From contig OX597819.1 in the NCBI GenBank assembly GCA_951406725.2, positions 106,578,001 through 106,642,000 of the forward strand: a stretch of 64,000 nucleotides of DNA, in the 5' to 3' direction. Shown piece after piece: positions 32,048-44,050 of the stretch (positions are counted from its first letter, which is position 1; the number at the start of each line of letters is the position of its first letter). The DNA is from Octopus vulgaris (Eukaryota). Under the pieces are notes generated by a model. The model worked only from the letters and a program-made list of their open reading frames with translations, was not told the origin of the DNA and ran no database searches. The position numbers were made by a program, and so were the translations under genes.

Positions 32048-32618
32048 AAGCATATTACTCTAACTCCGGTATTCGAGTACTATTTTCCCCACCTTTCACA
32101 TTTATGTGCTTACTTTGGTATACACACACATATATATGATTTGTAATTGATTTAGAGTGATGAAAAGTTCCGAGATGGTTGCTGGAAACAAAACCTTGTG
32201 AAAATATCATGTCAGCTATTCACACCATGACTTTACACTGTTTATTTTATGTATTCAATAGTGTTGTCTTCTGTAATGTGATGTATACTAAAATATGTCA
32301 ATATGTTTTGCTGTGATCTGTCGAACAATGTTCGTAGTTCCACTGCAATGCAGATGAAGCGAGGTCATCGTATATATGCATATATGCACACATACATATA
32401 CAAGTACACATACGTATCTGTGTTTCCCTATTTGTGAATGTGTTTGTAACAACTCAACAACATAATTTCTTTGTTAAACTAATACATATGAACACGTTAT
32501 TTGCTTTATCTGTTTAACTTGTATTTGAAGTTGTCTTTTGATTATGGTGTTGTTGAGCACCCAGTAAAATGTGTACATATTCACACAAATGTTTGCATGT
32601 ATGCTTGTGGACATATAT

Positions 32619-33605
32619 ATTAGGTTGTTTCGAAATAATGGCTGCTATAAGCGTTGTGTTTTGAAACGCAATTTTATCGTAGTATTTTAATTATTTTTTA
32701 GTTGAATTTCCACATACTTAATAATTGACGTATGCTCTTTAATAATTTTCTACTAATTTCAGACAGAAAACATTTTTGAAGCATAGACACCCTTAATTAT
32801 GAACATGTCAAAAATGGACTTCGCTTACGTTTCTGGCATAAATTCAAGCTTGTGCATAATGCCTCGCAAACTGCTGCCAATATGAACAGAGCATGGGAAG
32901 AAGGGTCCACAAGTGATCGCACTGTACGAAGGTGGTTTCAGAACTTCCATAGTGGTGATGGGAACCTTGAAGATGAAGAAGGTAGAGGACGGTCATGCAG
33001 TTGTGACAATGAACAATTGAAAGCGATTGTTAAACAAAACCCATGTCAAACTGTCAGAGAAATGTTTGAGAACAGTCTTACGCAATCTGCAGAAGATTGG
33101 TATGGTGAGAAAGCTCAAAAAATAGATACCGCATGAGCTCAATGAAAATCAAAACGTTCAGTGTATTGAAGTGTGCTCGATGGTCTTTCTGCGAAACACC
33201 AATGATTCTTTTCTTGACCGAAAAGTCACTTGCGCCGAAAAGTGGATCTTTTATGATTACCGTAAACAATCAGTCCAACGGAGTGATCATGGTGAATCCC
33301 CAAACAGTTCCTAAAGCCAAAATTGCATCAGCAAAAGATTATGTTGACTGTCTGGTGGTCCATTGGTGCTGTCCATTACAGTTTTCTGGAAGCCAATCAG
33401 AGCATTACAGCAGTAGTTTACTGCAATCAATTCGCTGTAATGCATGCTCACTTGCAAAAAATGAGACCTGCATTGGTGAATTGCCGTGGTCCAATTGTGC
33501 TCCACGATAATGCAAAGCTATATGATGCAATAGTGACGCTGCAAAAATTTACAGACTTGGAATATGAGACTTTACCACATCCTCCATGTTCTGATTTTTC
33601 ACCCA
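32619..33605 (+). mobile_element. Degraded mariner transposon, 3'-truncated
   Basis: TIR-like TATTAGGTTGTTTCGAAATAATG. Fragments RTVRRWFQNFHSGDGNLEDEEGRGR, KIMLTVWW, LHDNAK, LPHPP. Confidence 0.85.
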
Positions 33606-33774
33606 TTTTTTCAACACACACACACACACTCTCTCTCTCTCCCCTCTCTCTCCCCTCTCTCTCTCCCCTCTCTCTCTCCCTCTTTCTTTCTCTCTCTCTC
33701 TCTCTCTGGGTACTGGGGTCGATTAAATCGACTGGCACACCTCCCTAAAAATTTCGGGCCTTGTGCCTGGTGTA

Positions 33775-33960
33775 GAAAAGAATCGTTACCATGCCGGGCA
33801 AAATGCTTAGAGGCGTTTCGTCCGTCTTTACGCTCAAATTTCGCTGAGGCCAACTTTCATCTTTTCGGGGTCAATAAAATAAGCACCAGTTGAGTGATGA
33901 AGTCCATGTAATCAATTTGTTCCCTCCCTCAAAATTGCTGGCTTTTTGCCAAAATGTTAA
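33775..33960 (+). mobile_element. Decayed SINE, family B-related
   Basis: GAATCGTTACCATGCCGGGCAAAATGCTTAG...TTTCATCTTTTCGGGGTCAATAAAATAAGCACCAG is similar to the 48445 copy. Confidence 0.55.
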
Positions 33961-33982
33961 ACAATTATTATTATCATTATTA

Positions 33983-34022
<40 letters not shown>

Positions 34023-34066
34023 TATTATTATTATTGTTATTATTATTATTATCATCATCATCATTA

Positions 34067-34125
<59 letters not shown>

Positions 34126-34658
34126 GAGTGAGAGAGCAGTGCATGCCAAGCGAAGCCCAGTATACCCATCATGACTGCCCGTCTGATAAGGGTACACGAG
34201 GCACATGCATCACAAACATAAGTACGTGAAATGGTGGTTTCATATCAAGATAAACAGCACATTACCTTTCAGGTGGGGCCCAGTTAGAAATTTCTTCTGG
34301 TCGAGTAACACATCCCGCTCAAAAGGTCCCTGAATAAGGGTTGTTTTAGGATGTTGAACGAAGTACCCATGTTTCCAAAGGTGAATTATTCAAACTGCAA
34401 AGAATTGCTCTCAACACATGGCTATGATGTTCCCCCACTACTTCTGCTCGTGATCAGAGATGCAAATATTGTCAGCCACTAAGAGACATGCTCAACTGTT
34501 TAAGGTCAAACAACTGACAAGCAAATATGTAGTATTGATCAGAATATTTGCTGTAGCCCATCTTGTATACCAAAACAAAACACTGTACATGTTAACACTT
34601 CCAATCAGTTCAGATCAGAAACCAAGAGAGCCACTGCCTGGTACTGCATCAGGGCATT
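34126..34658. mobile_element. ~530-bp non-coding insertion flanked on both sides by (TAA)n
   Basis: Sharp boundaries with TAA/ATT runs at both ends, higher GC than the flanks, and no recognisable ORF. Confidence 0.5.
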
Positions 34659-34668
34659 ATCATTATTA

Positions 34669-34705
<37 letters not shown>

Positions 34706-34739
34706 CATCATTGTCATTTACTTTTAATCTGCATGTTTG

Positions 34740-35370
34740 ATGCAATCACCTGCCGGGGCACACCCAGCGCCCTAGGGCAAGTGAAGGTTAAGAGTTGTTG
34801 AAATACAGCTGAAAGCTTGGGGAGGGGAAGTAGAGATATATCTCCATGTAATGCAAACACAGACATTTACATTGATAGGGTTTTTCTAAGGATGTGGGCA
34901 GTACTTGTTAGCACAATCTTTTGGATTTCCTTGAGACATGGTTTTCCAGGGATATTGTCTAGGTGTTTCTGACATCCCTTTTTTATCATACCTAGGGCAC
35001 CTACAATAACAGGAACAGTTTTTGTTTTAAGATTCCACATCCTCTGTATTTCGATTATTATATGTTTAACTTTAGATTAACATTTGTACAAGTCGGCTCC
35101 AAGTCTTACCCAGAGACCTCAGGAGATAAAAACTTGGATGTTGATGTTGGCGTTATGTCTAAGGTGCCATATATTTGGTTTTCTACTTAGTGTTGTACTT
35201 GTGAATGTTTAAGAAACCAAAATGTCCCTTTTTCTTTCATTCCTAGGGCACCTATGACAACAGGTACTGTTTTAATCTTCAGGCTCCACATTTTGCTAAT
35301 TTCTATTTCCAGATCTTTATACTTGCTCAGTTTTTGGTAGGTCTTGACCGATATGTTTATATCGATTATC
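34740..35370 (-). mobile_element. Two short 3'-terminal fragments of R4/Dong-type RLE retrotransposons
   Basis: Minus-strand peptides IEIQRMWNLKTKTVPVIVGALGM and KLSKYKDLEIEISKMWSLKIKTVPVVIGALGM, homologous to the C-terminus of the 44-46 kb element. Confidence 0.8.
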
Positions 35371-35484
35371 ATTCTTCTTCTTCTTCTTCTTCTTCTTCTT
35401 CTTCTTCTTCTTCTTCTTCTTCTTCTTCTTCTTCTTCTTCTTCTTCTTCTTCTACCTCTTCTTCTTCTTCTTCTTCTTCTTCTT

Positions 35485-35528
<44 letters not shown>

Positions 35529-35936
35529 TTCGCGATTTCCACCGTTTTAATTTTTACGACGGGAATTTCACATGAGATTGCATATCGAATATGTATTTAG
35601 TGTTGCTCAACCCTACTTAATCTCTGGCTGTGACCCTATCTTTCAAGACAAGACGATATTGTGTAATTGTCTATGGACATTCTAATTTTTTCTTCTACAT
35701 CAAGATCCATGAAATCCAAATATCAAATACTCTATAGGCTTTCAAGATTTTCGGATGACTAAACAGAATCATTCTGCAATCTTCTGGCCGAAGCCTCTTC
35801 ATATGCAACTATTTGATAATGTGGTGCTATATACACTATACAAGAAAAAGAAAACTACGTATTCACAAAGTTTACACGTCCACATATAGTCATTTTGAAG
35901 GCTAAAGAAGAAGATTTACAAGTTTTTCGATAAACT

Positions 35937-36337
35937 TGTGGTAAGTAGCTTGCCTACCAACCACATGGTTCTGGGTTCAGTCCCACTGCGTGGCATCTTG
36001 GTCAAGTGTCTTCTGCTATAGCCCCGGGCCGACCAATGCCTTGTGAGTGAAATTGGTAGACGGAAACTGAAAGAAGCCTGTCGTATATATGTATATATAT
36101 ATGCGTGTGTGTGTTTGTGTGAGTGTGTTTGTACCCCTAGCATTACTTGACAACCGATGCTGGTGTGTTTATGTCCCCGTCACCTAGCGGTTCGGCAAAA
36201 GAGACCGATAGAATAAGTACTGGGCTTACAAAGAATAAGTCCCGGGGTCGATTTGCTCGACTAAAAGCGGTGCTCCAGCATGGCCGCAGTCAAAAGACTG
36301 AAACAAGTAAAAGAGTAAAAAGAGTAAAAAGAGTAAA
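35937..36337 (+). mobile_element. tRNA-derived SINE, family A
   Basis: TGTGGTAAGTAGCTTG...GGTTCAGTCCC head. The 3' end is GCGGTGCTCCAGCATGGCCGCAGTC...GACTGAAACAAGT followed by short AAAAGAGT repeats. Confidence 0.85.
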
Positions 36338-36695
36338 CTCTGAAAAGAGAAATTAGCTTAGAGATTGCGGAATTTTACTCTTTTTCTTGTATCTTTTAGG
36401 TGTTCGGACATCCTATTTCTCAGGAATCTTTTAAAAGCTTGGTACTTAATCCAGTCCCTTTTACCGAGGTACGGGAACGTATACTACCCAACAGCAGTTA
36501 TCAAGTGGTGAGGAAGCATGCACAAAGTCAAAATAATACACACGCATATGTATATAAATACTAGACCGCCTGTGACCCTTTGGGCGACCGGGCGGGAAAC
36601 TCTGAGTTTCCCCAAAACGGAGTTTTGTTTCGTGGGCTTTTTTTCTTTTCCAAGTTGATGAATTAAGTTTACCCTGAAATATATATATATGTATG

Positions 36696-36729
<34 letters not shown>

Positions 36730-36835
36730 TGTATGTATGTATGTATGTATGTATGTATGCATGCATGCATGCATGTATGTATGTATGTATGTATGTATGT
36801 ATGTATGTATGTATGTATGTATGTATGTATGTATG

Positions 36836-36874
<39 letters not shown>

Positions 36875-36922
36875 CAATAATAAATCTCTGAACGAGATGT
36901 AAACAGTAACCGCTCGACAATG

Positions 36923-37177
36923 TAAAGTATACTAGCCATCTCAATATGGCTAACCACTGTAGCTTTTAGCCCCAGGCAATCATCGTCTCCAGCTGGCTTT
37001 TAGGCACACTTTCTGTGCCCTTATTGTATTTGCAAAGGCATGACCTCCTTTGCAAATACCATAAGGGCACAGAAAATGTGCCTAAAGCCAGCTGGAGACG
37101 ATGATCGCCTGGGGCTAAAAGCTACAGTAACACCCACCCTTAGTGGTTAGCCAGATTGAGGTGGCTAGTATACCTTA
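36923..37177. repeat. Near-perfect inverted repeat (~115-bp arms, short spacer)
   Basis: CTGTAGCTTTTAGCCCCAGGCAATCATCGTCTCCAGCTGGCTTT pairs with AAAGCCAGCTGGAGACGATGATCGCCTGGGGCTAAAAGCTACAG. Confidence 0.9.
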
Positions 37178-37215
37178 GGTATATATATATATAACTGCAG
37201 CTATCGAACAACAAT

Positions 37216-37263
<48 letters not shown>

Positions 37264-37295
37264 CACAAATACATATATATATTTATTTATATATA

Positions 37296-37516
37296 TAGGA
37301 AGGGTGTTGAACAATTCCTGACATTAAGGGTGTCGCTAAAGGTCTGGGTGGAGGCCCAACCTTGCGAGTTCTTTTACAGGGTTTAGAAACACTGAAGAAT
37401 TGCTGCAATATGTGTGCGACTCTGAGAGGGGAATATGGTGAATAAAATCATAATTAACTGATTTTCTTGTATTTTCTTTTACCCAAAGCAAGGGACTTTC
37501 AGCATTCCCTCATTTA
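37296..37516. mobile_element. Mariner-type MITE, inverted copy of 191-411
   Basis: The interior GAGAGGGGAATATGGTGAATAAAATCATAATTAACTGA matches the reverse complement of 245-283. TIRs are present. Confidence 0.7.
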
Positions 37517-38099
37517 TATAAATACATGCAAACACACACATCATATAAGGCACACACGCACACACACACAGCACACACTCACACACACACATATATACAC
37601 ACGAACATTCATGCAAATATGTACGTGCGTACATCTGTGTATTTATAGAAAGTATAAATATCTATATATATGGGTGTGCGTGTGTATTCATCTGAATTCA
37701 CACGCACACCCATATTCTCTATAACAACAAGCGTAAACCTTAATATCCATTGATCAATCATTCCTAACATTAATTCTAACATTACGGCATAGCATGAAAA
37801 TAAGCCTAATTAGAAATCAGATATGAATGCTTTTACACATTCGAATAATAGCTGTAATCCGCAAGTAATTCGGAATGCTGATTCTCATTCCACAACTAAT
37901 TACTTTATATATAACAGTAGACGTGTAGACCTTGCCCTACATCTACAAGAAAGTAGTAATATTGACAAACAAACCTCATTCTAATTAAGTAATAGGTGCG
38001 TAAGCCATTTACAGAATATGCGTAACAAATTGCTTATGTTACTTACATTATTGCCAAAATTATCATACTTAATGACAAGCGTCTTCCTGCAGCCCGTCA

Positions 38100-38790
38100 T
38101 CCTATTAGCATTAATAATATGAGCAAACATAATTGCAATAATAAGGAAAATTCTAAAGAGTCTTCCAAGACACAACAAAATTTGATTCAGCATATGAATT
38201 CAGATAACGAATCTTGCAAATCAAATACAAAATCGAAACCGAATTCGAATTTTCTATTAACGTTTAGCCCATTAATAATGAGAGAGATGTCCTAAATACT
38301 TCGGGGAAAATTTGACCGAATGGCATTGCCAATGATAATGTTCCGCATAATTTTTGTAAAATAATTCACCTATTTATAGCTGTGGATTTGCTATGAAATG
38401 TCACCTCAGAAATTGCTCAATGATATCTATAATCTATATATTTGTAAAGTAACAACAAATAGAAACAGAAAATGTTACATTTGTTCAACATCAAATATTT
38501 TGAAAATAGGATTCTCGGCACACATATCTACATTTCAAAGTATAAAAGCTGATATATCATTAGCAGAACATATATGGAATTTAAACATTAAGAGAGATTC
38601 CTTTCCAACTAGGATGGAGTATTATAAACAGTTTTCCAATATATAAAACTAACAGGCGTGGGTTTGGGCTTTATACATACGAATTTATCCACAATATACA
38701 CGCAGAATTAACCTACTAAATTGCAAAGACGAAGTCATTTTAAGTCGTGCTTATAAAAACTTTTAATAGTTCAAAATTAACAACTACGAC
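38100..38790 (+). pseudogene. Penelope-like element GIY-YIG endonuclease remnant
   Basis: ORF 38398-38646 LYICKVTT...CYICSTSNILK.GFSAHISTF...SLAEHIWNL, followed by LLNCKDEVILSRAYKNF. This fits the PLE pattern YIGxT..K.R...H..SF...LS.HIW.L...LLNKRxE. Confidence 0.65.
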
Positions 38791-39017
38791 TAATTTAAAA
38801 CGAATTATACTATGCATCCCACAATATAATTTCTTATTCATAAGCTTCAAATTATACAAGTGTATCATGATTACTGCCCATCTTAAAAAGTCTTTGCAAT
38901 GGTGTTGGACTTATTTTGAAAGTTTAGCTTTTATAGCTCTACGTATAAAGGGTATAAGGATTGGGTTTTCAGTAACATGCATACATTGAAGAATGAATAT
39001 AAACATGCTTATGTGTA

Positions 39018-39305
39018 TACGAAGGGGTACCCAAACGAAACCGGCATTTTGCAACATTATTGCATTCACTTAGTTTTACATGTTTACACTTTTGTCGTCT
39101 TCAAATTATTCTCCATTTAAGACAACGCAAAGAACCAGACGCGTTTTCTACTATTCAAAGCAATGCTGGACCCTCGCAGAGTGATGCTTTTTAACATCTT
39201 TATCGCTTCTTTCTTCACCTCTTCCACATCCGCAAATTCTGTAGCACCAGCTTTTGTCACCAGTGATGACCTTCGAAAACACGTCCGGATCAACTTCTAG
39301 CCCTT
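39018..39305 (-). mobile_element. Internally deleted mariner fragment
   Basis: TIR-like TACGAAGGGGTACCCAAA and a minus-strand VITGDKSWCY catalytic motif. Confidence 0.6.
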
Positions 39306-39308
39306 CTT

Positions 39309-40088
39309 CTAAGTATTTCATTTATTTTCCTTTTGTGTTCCTCGCTGATGAAGGAAGAATCCTTTTTGGATTAAACCAGGAATCGGAACCGATTCGGGGA
39401 TAACTATGTTTTTATAAAATTCTGTTAGCTTGCTTTCTGCGTTTCGTCACGTGGTGTAATAATATAAGTGAGAATATGTTAAGTAATTAGTTGATTCAGC
39501 GCCTATTTTTCAGCTTATTGACAAAGAAAAAGTCTTTTTTTTTTACTTTATTTGTAATTGTATTTATAATTTTCACCTTAAAAGGTATTTTTCATTTGCT
39601 GGCCACTGATAAGCTTTCTAAATAAAATTTTATCCTTATATTAGAAGAAAATTAATTTCCATTCACTTCGAGGCTGGTTAACCACTTGTGTACGTTTCCT
39701 GACCGACTACACTGGTGTCGAGGCTTGCTACAAAATTTCTATTTGGATATATTTGCGGTACTTAAATGTATACATGTCTTTGCATCTGCTTTTCCGTGGG
39801 TATGTCTAAGTATTTCATTTATGTTCATTTTCTGTTCCTCGTGGATGAAAGAAGAATCCTTTTGGGATTACTTCAGAATTCGGAACCGATTCGGGGATAA
39901 CTAAATTTTAATGAATTTCTGTTAGTTTGATGTTCCTTGTTTAGGATCGTGGTGTAATAATATAACTGAAATATTTTATGTGGTTAGACGATTTAGCGTA
40001 AAGTTTTCAGCATATTGACAAATAATTTTTTTTCTTTTTGACCATGTTTATAATCGTATTTATAGTTTTCATATTTACAGGTATTTTC
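39309..40088 (+). repeat. Diverged ~497-bp tandem repeat (about 1.6 units), each unit with a degenerate hammerhead motif
   Basis: CTAAGTATTTCATTTAT at 39309 and 39806, and GGAACCGATTCGGGGATAAC in both units. Confidence 0.8.
39338..39401 (+). ncRNA. Degenerate type I hammerhead ribozyme
   Basis: TCCTCG-CTGATGA-...AATCC tttt GGATT...-GGAA(for GAAA)-CCGATT-CGGGGA. Stem I pairs; the core is mutated. Confidence 0.5.
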
Positions 40089-43000
40089 TAGGCTAGTGGC
40101 GTACATTGGCTGGTAATATGCCATACGGTTTCACCGTTTTTTCCACAGGTTCTGCACTTATCACTTTCTACTGTGTTGTCTATTCTGTATTTTATGTAGT
40201 TTGTTCTTTGTGCTTGCCTTTGGGCAGCACAGATTAGAACCTCCGTTTCCGGTTTTAAATCACTTCTAGACATCCACAGCCATCATTTTTCTCTGTCTGT
40301 ATTATCTTCAACATCCCTATGAAATTAATTGACCATGCATTCTTTTCTTTACCCACGTATTTTCAGTTTCATTCGTTTTCAATTTGTTGTATAGTGTTTT
40401 ATCTTTGCAATCTTTCATCCTACACATGCCTGACCTTCCTACTTCTAATAATAGCGGTTCTGTAGTATTGATTACATACCATGCTATGTTGTTTTCTTCT
40501 GCTCGCATCAAATATGTCCTCTTCCCCCTCTTTTATTGGTACATACAGTCTGTCTGTGTCAATTTTTGGGTGGAGTGACCCATATCTAGTTAGCAACTTC
40601 CTTGTCTTTCTGTCTGAGCAGTTTAGTTCGTCTGCTGCCCATGCGATTACCCCTGCTCCATATCTAAGGTGTAAAAACACCCAGCTATTGATAGCTTCGC
40701 TCTTATTCCGTCCGTTTAATTTCGACTTAAGGATCAGTCTCAAACTGCTGAATTATTTCACCTAAATTTTTTCTGTCATTTCTTTCTCCATTAATTTATC
40801 CATTTCCAAAATCTCCAAGTACATGTAGCCCGTCTCTTATATCTGTTTCATAACCTCCCCCGACGGTATCGTTAGCCCGTTCATGCATTTGAGTTTGCCT
40901 CTCTTCAAGACTAATATACCACACTTTTCCAATCTGAACTCCATTCTGATATCACCACTGAAGGTATACAACGTATCAACGAGGAAACTGACTTGGGTTT
41001 CATCTGTACCATAAAGTTTGAGGTCATCCATGAATAACAAATGGTTACTTTTGTTGGTGGACTTTGAATACATACCCAGCTTTTGCCTTTCTCAGAATCA
41101 GTGTTAGTGGTATCAAGCACAGTACAAAGATCAGCGGGGACAGGCAGTCCCCTTGGAAGATGCCCCTCCTAATTTCTACTGTCCCTAAACTTCTTCGGTA
41201 TGCTGTCAGGTCCGTCCGCCAATTCGCCATACTTTTTCCAAGCAATCGCTCAAGATTCGATGCAATACCAAGTAGGTTCATACACTTCATAATCCAGGAA
41301 TGTGGGACCATATCGTACGCCTTATAATAGTCGATCCATGACATGGCTAAGTTACATTTACTCCTCTTGCAGTCTCTAAGTCCAGTTTTATCTATCAGAT
41401 ATTGATCCCTGGCACCTCTGCACTTACGCTTGCAACCCTTCTGCTCATGTGGCAGTGCTCCATATTTTCCAGGTGTTTGTACATTGACTCTGCAAGTATT
41501 CCTGTCAATAACTTCCACATAAGTGGCAAAGAGGATAAGGGCCTGTAATTGTCTACCGTATTGGCTTTTTCGATGTTTTTCAGGCACAGCACTGTCCTAT
41601 CCAATGTCAACCACTCTGGTGTTACTTGGTCGGCATTTAACAAGGTGCTGAGTTGCGCAGCTATACGTGCATGACATACACTAAATCTTTTGATCCAGTA
41701 GCCTTCAACTCCATCTGGGCACGGGGCCTACCAGTTCCTCATGTTTTTGCTGAGTTCCTTCACTTCCCTAACTGAAGTGAGTAGTTCTGCCTGTTTTGGC
41801 AAGACTACTGTTTATTTCAGTTCTTACAACCATTCAGCATCCTTCTTCTGCTCCTTGTCTTTGCTCAAGATGTCACTCCAAAACATTTGACTTTCAATGT
41901 TATCTAGTATCAACTTTTCATCTGTACATCCCCCATTTATTTCTATATAGAATATCTTCTAATCTACTCTGAATAACCTATTCAGGTGGTAACCCTTCAT
42001 TCTTTAGTCGTATCTTACCATCTTTGCTTTCTTTGCAACGAGGCTGTGTTTCAGTTCCTCCACTACTACTTTCAGGCCGTTTCTTTCATTATTATTCTTC
42101 CTTTTCAGCTCCCTGTATTTTTGTTCACTTTTAAGCCCCACTTTCTCTTTTCGGTCTAACACAGAGATTTCCTTCGAGAGCATGTTTAACCTTTCCTGGA
42201 TTCTTCTTTTTCACCGTGGATCTTTTCTCTCATCACTCTCATTATGTTTCTTTTTCTTGACATCAACTCCCACATGTTCTGCTACAAAAACACTTGCTGC
42301 CTTGATCAAATTATTGGTTTCTGTGATGTTTGTTTTGATGAATTTCAGAATTTCGTTGACATTTTTCATTTCTTGTTTCAATTTCCATCGATCAACATTT
42401 TTAAGGTTGCCAATAATGTCGCTATCGTTCTCCTGTAGTCTTGCCTTTATTCTGTCGTAGATTGCCTTTTGTTCAACTGTCATGTCGCAATTAGTTTTAT
42501 TGTCTTCTTTTAGATCATCTATATGTCTCTTATCAAATAAACTACCACGGTTCTTTTCCGGCGCTATGAGATTGTTCTTAAAATTAAGAACTGTAATTTC
42601 ATTCTTATCTATGGTGTTATTTTCCATGACCCGTCTTTTGATAGCTTCGAATTCTACTCCTTTGAAGCAACATTTTTTTCTTATTGCTCTATCTGTATCG
42701 TATAGTCTCTGTTCCGTGAGTTGAGACAATCCCTTTTCTCCCCAATGATCATACATACGTTGTCGGTAACCCCTAATTTGAGCACCATTTTCATCTACCG
42801 AGTTGCTCAGGTGGTAACACTCCATGATCACAGCATTAATTTGCATCAACGCCGTGTGTGGTGATCCGTTTCTGGATATCGACAGGCTAGAGCCAGACAA
42901 GAACCTCTGAGCCTACTGGGTGTAACACAGTCACCTTCATTGGCTTCAGTTTCATTACCACCGTTATTCACAATATTTTGTTTTTTCATTGTGACTCATA

Positions 43001-43101
43001 TGAGGTAGCGATATCAGGTTGCGCAATTACCAGTGTTTTTATTGTGACACGATCACTAGGTGTATCATTAATCAGCCCATGAGGAGGCTCCACCCGTTTC
43101 C
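40089..43101 (-). mobile_element. Degraded R4/Dong-type RLE non-LTR retrotransposon (5' part to CCHC), 5' end at (TAA)n
   Basis: N-terminal IMECY...GYRQRM...TEQRL. RT motifs [27 protein letters not shown] and HLLFMDDLKLY. CRTCG..ETVWHITSQC zinc knuckle. Many frameshifts. Confidence 0.9.
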
Positions 43102-43131
43102 TTTTATTATTATTATTACTACTACTACTAC

Positions 43132-43182
<51 letters not shown>

Positions 43183-43769
43183 CAACATCATCATCATCAT
43201 CATCACTGATATTATTGCTTTTATGTGTATTAGCAAAAGTGGTTGCAGCAACTCCAACAGTAGCAGTGGTGAGGGTAGTGGTAAGAGTGGTAGTTGGGCC
43301 TCAGATTCCTGTGCTATCAAAATAGTAGTAGCTGTAGTATTATTGTAGCATTAGTAGTATTTAGTATCAGCAGCTGCAGCATATTTTTGTTTTTATTTTT
43401 ATCATTATCACCATCACCACCACTATCATTGTTATTATCGTTATTACTAAATGTTTTTTACTTTCAACTTTTGTATTGTACTTGAGATCATACATATGTA
43501 GTTGTTGTAGGAAATAATTGGGCATCAGATTGGTGAATAGATCATAATCTACAGGTCTATAAATAGATTCGGCAGATGCTGGGGAGGTCAGCCTTAGAGA
43601 CCAAAAAATATTCGCACCCTTTGGGTTAGCAGAGGTCAGATGTTTTTACTATTGCCAGTGGCCACTGAGAGAGAGCTCTGCCTTGAAAAGAAGCAATTCA
43701 ACATGTTCTATTTGTAATTACTGGCAGAAACAAAACAACAATAACAATACACACAAACACACACATATA

Positions 43770-43833
<64 letters not shown>

Positions 43834-43985
43834 GACGCACACATATATACTGACATTCAAGTCGTTGAATTTTTGAATTTCTGAATTCAATTGTGTTGTT
43901 GCAATAAAAGGTGTGTTTGGGTAATATATTAAAGTTTTAAAATTTTCTCGAGATGTTCGTTTGTCTGTCCACTTGGATGTTTTTA

Positions 43986-44047
<62 letters not shown>

Positions 44048-44050
<3 letters not shown>

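Noticed and set aside
36570-36680. GGGAAACTCTGAGTTTCCC hairpin with GAAAC
   Set aside because: No upstream CUGANGA core, so a ribozyme cannot be supported.
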